Positions 60,417 through 64,000 of a stretch of 64,000 nt of DNA are shown here, in pieces; the first letter of the stretch is position 1; the number at the start of each line of letters is the position of its first letter. Under the pieces are notes generated by a model. It did no database searches. It worked only from the letters and a program-made list of their open reading frames with translations, and was not told where the DNA came from. The translations under genes were made by a program, and so were the position numbers. Source of the stretch: Candidatus Multivoradales bacterium (lineage in GTDB: Bacteria > Acidobacteriota > Thermoanaerobaculia > Multivoradales > JAHEKO01); NCBI GenBank assembly GCA_965223855.1, contig CBDCXM010000009.1:657054-721053 (forward strand), written 5' to 3'.

Positions 60417-61790
60417 ATGAGGGACGCCCTTCGCTCCATCCTCGTGGTCGACGACGAGCCGGCGTTGCGCGAAGTGCTCGACGTGCGGCTGCGCGACGCG
60501 GGTTACGAGGTCGCTCTCGCCGGCAGCGGCGAGGAAGCGCGCTCGGCGCTCGACGCCGGCGACCCCGACCTGGTGCTCTCCGACGTCGTCCTGCCCGATG
60601 CGTCGGGACTCGACCTGCTCGATCTCCTCCGCGGGCCGGCGCCGGGGCGGCCGGTGATCCTGATGACCGCCTTCGGCAGCATCGACGTCGCCGTCGAGGC
60701 GATGAAGCGGGGCGCTTTCGACTTCCTCACCAAGCCGCTCGACTACGACAAGTTGGCGGCGCTGCTCGAGGCGGCGCGCAGGACCCTCCATCGGCAGCTC
60801 GAGACCGAGGCGATCGAGCGCACGCTCGAACAGGAGGCCTCGGTCGCCGGGCTGATCGGGCGCAGCAAGCCGATGCGCAAGGTGCAGGAACTCCTGCGTA
60901 CGGTAGCGGAGAGCGAGGCGTCGGTGATCCTGACGGGCGAGAGCGGTACCGGCAAGGAGGTCGCCGCGCGGGCGATCCATCGGCTGAGCCGTCGCGCTCG
61001 CGGGCCGCTGGTGGCGGTCAACGCAGCAGCGCTCCCGGAAGGGCTGGTCGAGAGCGAGCTCTTCGGCCACCAGGCCGGAGCGTTCACCGGCGCGACGACC
61101 GCCCGCCCCGGCTGTTTCGAGATGGCGGACGGCGGCACGCTCTTCCTCGACGAGATCGCGGAGATGCCGGTCGAGCTCCAGCCGCGCTTCCTGCGTGTGC
61201 TCGAGGACGGCAGGGTGCGCCGGCTCGGGGCCCGCAACGAGATCGCCGTCGACGTGCGGGTTCTGACGGCCACCAATCGCGACCCGGAGGACGCCGTCCG
61301 TGCCGGCAAGCTGCGTGAGGATCTGTTCTACCGGCTCAACGTCTTTACGGTCGAGCTGCCGCCGCTGCGCGACCGGCTCGACGATGTCGCGCTCCTCGCC
61401 CAGCACTTCATCGAGGCGTTCAACGACAAACATCGCGTCGAGGTCCGCGGCGTCGCCGCCGACGCGCTCGAGCTGATGACCGGCTATCACTGGCCGGGCA
61501 ACGTACGCGAGCTGCGCAACGTCGTCGAGCGATCGATGATCCTCGCCCGCGAGGGATGGATCGAGAGCACCCACCTGCCGCCGTTCCTGCGCGACAGCTC
61601 TCTGGCGCGCGGCGCGCGCATCGTGCTGCCGCCGGACATCACCGCCCAGGAGGCCGAGCGCATCGTCATCCTCGAGACGCTCGAGCGCTGCGGCAACAAC
61701 AAGTCGCAGGCCGCCCGTCGCCTCGGGCTCGACGTCAAGACGATCCGCAACAAGCTGCGTACCTACGGTGTGACCGCCGAGCGGCGCTGA
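60417..61790 (+). CDS. Sigma-54-dependent response regulator (NtrC family: REC–AAA+–Fis HTH)
   Basis: REC domain (VVDDEPALRE…D…VLSDVVLP), Walker A GESGTGKE, GAFTGA, ESELFGH, and a C-terminal HTH (KSQAARRLGLDVKTIRNKL). Confidence 0.9.
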   Translation: MRDALRSILVVDDEPALREVLDVRLRDAGYEVALAGSGEEARSALDAGDPDLVLSDVVLPDASGLDLLDLLRGPAPGRPVILMTAFGSIDVAVEAMKRGAFDFLTKPLDYDKLAALLEAARRTLHRQLETEAIERTLEQEASVAGLIGRSKPMRKVQELLRTVAESEASVILTGESGTGKEVAARAIHRLSRRARGPLVAVNAAALPEGLVESELFGHQAGAFTGATTARPGCFEMADGGTLFLDEIAEMPVELQPRFLRVLEDGRVRRLGARNEIAVDVRVLTATNRDPEDAVRAGKLREDLFYRLNVFTVELPPLRDRLDDVALLAQHFIEAFNDKHRVEVRGVAADALELMTGYHWPGNVRELRNVVERSMILAREGWIESTHLPPFLRDSSLARGARIVLPPDITAQEAERIVILETLERCGNNKSQAARRLGLDVKTIRNKLRTYGVTAERR

Positions 61791-61793
61791 ATC

Positions 61794-63398
61794 GTGAAGG
61801 TCGCGACCAAGATCGTCACCCTCGCCGGCACGCTGATCGTGCTGTTGACCGTGGTGCTCGCGCTTCACGTCTGGTGGGTGCAGGAGCTCGCCCGGGCGAC
61901 CCAGCGGCTGCCGCAGACGATCTTCCGCGTCGGCTCTTCGCAGCTCGAGATCGAGCGCGGACTCCACGAACTGATCCAGTTCTCGCGCAAGGCGGCGATC
62001 GTCCCCGACTGGGAAGAGGGAATCCCGGCGATTCGCGAGCGGGTACAGGCCGAGATGCGAACCCTCGCCACGTTCGAGCTCGACCCGGCCGAGCAGAACG
62101 CGCTCATCGAGCTGCAGAGCCAGTGGCAGACCTACGCCCGTCTCGACCCGCTCACCGCCCAGCGGCTCGAGACCGACCCCGACCCGGCGGCCGACCGGAC
62201 GGAAACCGCGGACCGTGAGGCCGCTCTCGAGGAGCCGGCGGTCGCCGGAGAGCCGGCCCCGGTCGATCTCGCTCTTCTCGCCGCCCACCTCGAGCAGCTC
62301 GGAGAGCTGCGCTCGCGGCTGCGCGAGTTCCAGGAGGCCACCGAGTTCCACGTCGGGGCACGGCGACGCGAGGCGGCGCGCACCGTGTCGCTCACCAAGC
62401 GCATCGCCTGGGCGACCGTCGTCGGGGTGCTCCTGCTGACGCTGCCGCTCCTGTGGTGGACGATCCGCTCGATTCATCGACCGCTGCGGCGGCTGACCGC
62501 CGGGACGCGCGACGTCGCCGAGGGTCGGTTCGCACTGCAGCTCGACACTTCGAGCGGTGACGAGCTGGCCGAGGTGGCGGCGAGCTTCAATCGCATGGTC
62601 GGGCGGCTGCGGGAGCTCGACGAGCTCAAGCGGGACTTTCTCTCTCATGTCTCGCACGAACTCAACACGCCGTTGGTGGCGATGCGCGAGACCAACGAGC
62701 TGCTGCTCGACGGGTTGGCGGGACCGCTGACCCGCGAACAGAGCCGCATGCTCGAGCTCAATCGGGACGGCGCGATGAGACTGTCGGGAATGATCGGCAA
62801 GATCCTCGACTTGTCGCGGCTGGAAGCAGGAGCCATGGAATACGAGTTCACGACCGTCGATCTCAACGACCTGATCCGCCAGGTGGTCGAGGAGTTCGGC
62901 GCCGCGGCTCACGACCGCGACGTCACCTTCGACACCCGCCTCGCCGAGCCGCCGGTAAGGGCGACCTGCGACCGCGACCGGATGCTCCAGGTGCTCGAGA
63001 ACCTGGTGTCGAACGCCCTCAAGTTCGCCCCCCGCTCGAGCGTCGTACGGATCGAGGTCGAGCGCCCCGACAGGGGCCGCGGCCTGGCCGCGCGGTTGCA
63101 ACGACCCGGGCGGCGCGCCGTCGTCACCGTCAGCGATCGCGGCCCGGGAGTGGAGGAGAGCGAGCGCGAGGCGATCTTCGAGCGCTTCCACCGCTCGGGC
63201 AGCGACTCGCCGCCCGGCTTCGGGCTCGGGTTGGCGATCAGCCGCGAGATCGTCGAAGCACACGGCGGCCGGATCTGGGTGCGCGACAACCCTCCCGGCG
63301 GGAGCACCTTCGGCGTCGAAGTCGCCGCCGCAAACGAGCCGGTGACGGCCGAGGTCGATCCGGGGACGCCCCGGGCGGCGGCGGGAGGAGCGTCATGA
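61794..63398 (+). CDS. Sensor histidine kinase (TM–HAMP–HisKA–HATPase_c), cognate to the upstream NtrC-like regulator
   Basis: H-box FLSHVSHELNTPL, a G-box (GFGLGLAISREIVEAHGG), and a HAMP segment after a TM helix. Confidence 0.85.
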   Translation: MKVATKIVTLAGTLIVLLTVVLALHVWWVQELARATQRLPQTIFRVGSSQLEIERGLHELIQFSRKAAIVPDWEEGIPAIRERVQAEMRTLATFELDPAEQNALIELQSQWQTYARLDPLTAQRLETDPDPAADRTETADREAALEEPAVAGEPAPVDLALLAAHLEQLGELRSRLREFQEATEFHVGARRREAARTVSLTKRIAWATVVGVLLLTLPLLWWTIRSIHRPLRRLTAGTRDVAEGRFALQLDTSSGDELAEVAASFNRMVGRLRELDELKRDFLSHVSHELNTPLVAMRETNELLLDGLAGPLTREQSRMLELNRDGAMRLSGMIGKILDLSRLEAGAMEYEFTTVDLNDLIRQVVEEFGAAAHDRDVTFDTRLAEPPVRATCDRDRMLQVLENLVSNALKFAPRSSVVRIEVERPDRGRGLAARLQRPGRRAVVTVSDRGPGVEESEREAIFERFHRSGSDSPPGFGLGLAISREIVEAHGGRIWVRDNPPGGSTFGVEVAAANEPVTAEVDPGTPRAAAGGAS

Positions 63399-63988
63399 GC
63401 CGCCGGACCATACTCGGCGCCGCCCTGATCGTCCTGGCGACGGCGTGCGTGCCACGGCACGCCGACCGGCTTTTCCTCGCGCAGGACTATCCTTCCGCGA
63501 TCGCCGCCTACGAGGCGTATCTGGTGCGGCGCGGCGAGTTCTCGGCCGACGACGCGCCGATCCTGCTGCGTCTGGCGCTCGCCTACGATCGTGCCGAGGA
63601 GCCGCAACGCGACCTCGAGACTTCGCGCTACTACCTGCAGCTACTCTCCCGGCAGTTTCCCGACACCCAGGAGGGGATCGCGGCACAGATGCTGCTCGAC
63701 GGAGCACGCGCCCGGGTCGAGGCCTCGCGGCTCGCGGTCCAGATCCGTCAGCGCGACGAGCGCCTCGCCGCCCTGCAGCGGGTGCTCGATCTCGTCGCCG
63801 AAGAAAAGCGCGAGCTCTCGGACGAGGTCGCCGGCCGCGAACGCGAGCAGCAGGACCTCGAGGGGCGGGTGCGCGAACTCACCCGGCAGGCACGGGTGCT
63901 CTCCTCCGAAATCGCCGAGCTCGAGGGGGAGCTCGAGGCGCTCAAGCAGATCGACCTCGAGAGCGTCGCCGGCGAGCCGCCTCCCTAG
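63395..63988 (+). CDS. Lipoprotein with a TPR-like N-part and a C-terminal coiled-coil
   Basis: Lipobox LATACVP. C-terminal heptad-rich EEKRELSDEVAGREREQQDLEGRVRELTRQ. Overlaps the HK stop by 4 nt. Confidence 0.45.
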   Translation: MSRRTILGAALIVLATACVPRHADRLFLAQDYPSAIAAYEAYLVRRGEFSADDAPILLRLALAYDRAEEPQRDLETSRYYLQLLSRQFPDTQEGIAAQMLLDGARARVEASRLAVQIRQRDERLAALQRVLDLVAEEKRELSDEVAGREREQQDLEGRVRELTRQARVLSSEIAELEGELEALKQIDLESVAGEPPP

Positions 63989-64000
63989 CCCTGAGAACCG

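Noticed and set aside
60215-63263. Upstream about 1000 codons of the 1144-aa minus-strand ORF
   Set aside because: Antisense to the clearly real NtrC-like regulator and histidine kinase. Only the 3'-terminal 128 codons (59829-60214), with an SD and a signal peptide in otherwise intergenic DNA, were retained, and with low confidence.

Overview
This is a 64 kb segment of a high-GC (about 70% by eye) didermic bacterial chromosome, and almost all of it is coding. Housekeeping backbone: (1) ABC-2 exporter fragment and two-component systems. (2) Ribosome-rescue factor arfB and rpsU. (3) The rod-shape cluster mreB-mreC-mreD-mrdA(PBP2)-rodA followed by rng (RNase G), joined by overlapping stop/start codons. 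(4) ppiD-like chaperone and a metB-family PLP enzyme. (5) ruvA and ruvB, separated by an inserted sulfatase-like lipoprotein. (6) mutS2, dnaG-rpoD, tRNA-Met(CAT), tRNA-Asn(GTT), yggS and hutI. Accessory or unusual content: (a) A minus-strand operon, with overlapping stop/start, of M14 carboxypeptidase, a secreted Pro-rich protein, a 7-heme c-type cytochrome lipoprotein with a C-terminal TPR domain, and a secreted Cys-containing protein, convergent with a DesK/LuxR-type two-component system. (b) A standalone FIST protein next to a PAS-GGDEF-EAL protein. (c) A small protein plus an AbiEii/DUF1814-like nucleotidyltransferase wedged, with 4-nt overlaps, between yggS and hutI. (d) A Kdo/WaaP-like LPS kinase fused to a clan GH-A glycosidase-like domain. 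(e) An amidohydrolase fused to a CIA30-like domain. (f) An orphan LivK-type solute-binding lipoprotein with a charged C-terminal tail. (g) A family of about 140-160 bp MITE-like structured repeats with terminal inverted repeats (one copy before mutS2, three in a roughly 1.1 kb non-coding stretch between rpoD and tRNA-Asn), which also holds a lower-GC core of about 520 bp with no convincing ORF. Several very long ORFs in the track (860, 794, 1144, 898, 668 aa) are antisense shadows of real genes in high-GC DNA and were not called.
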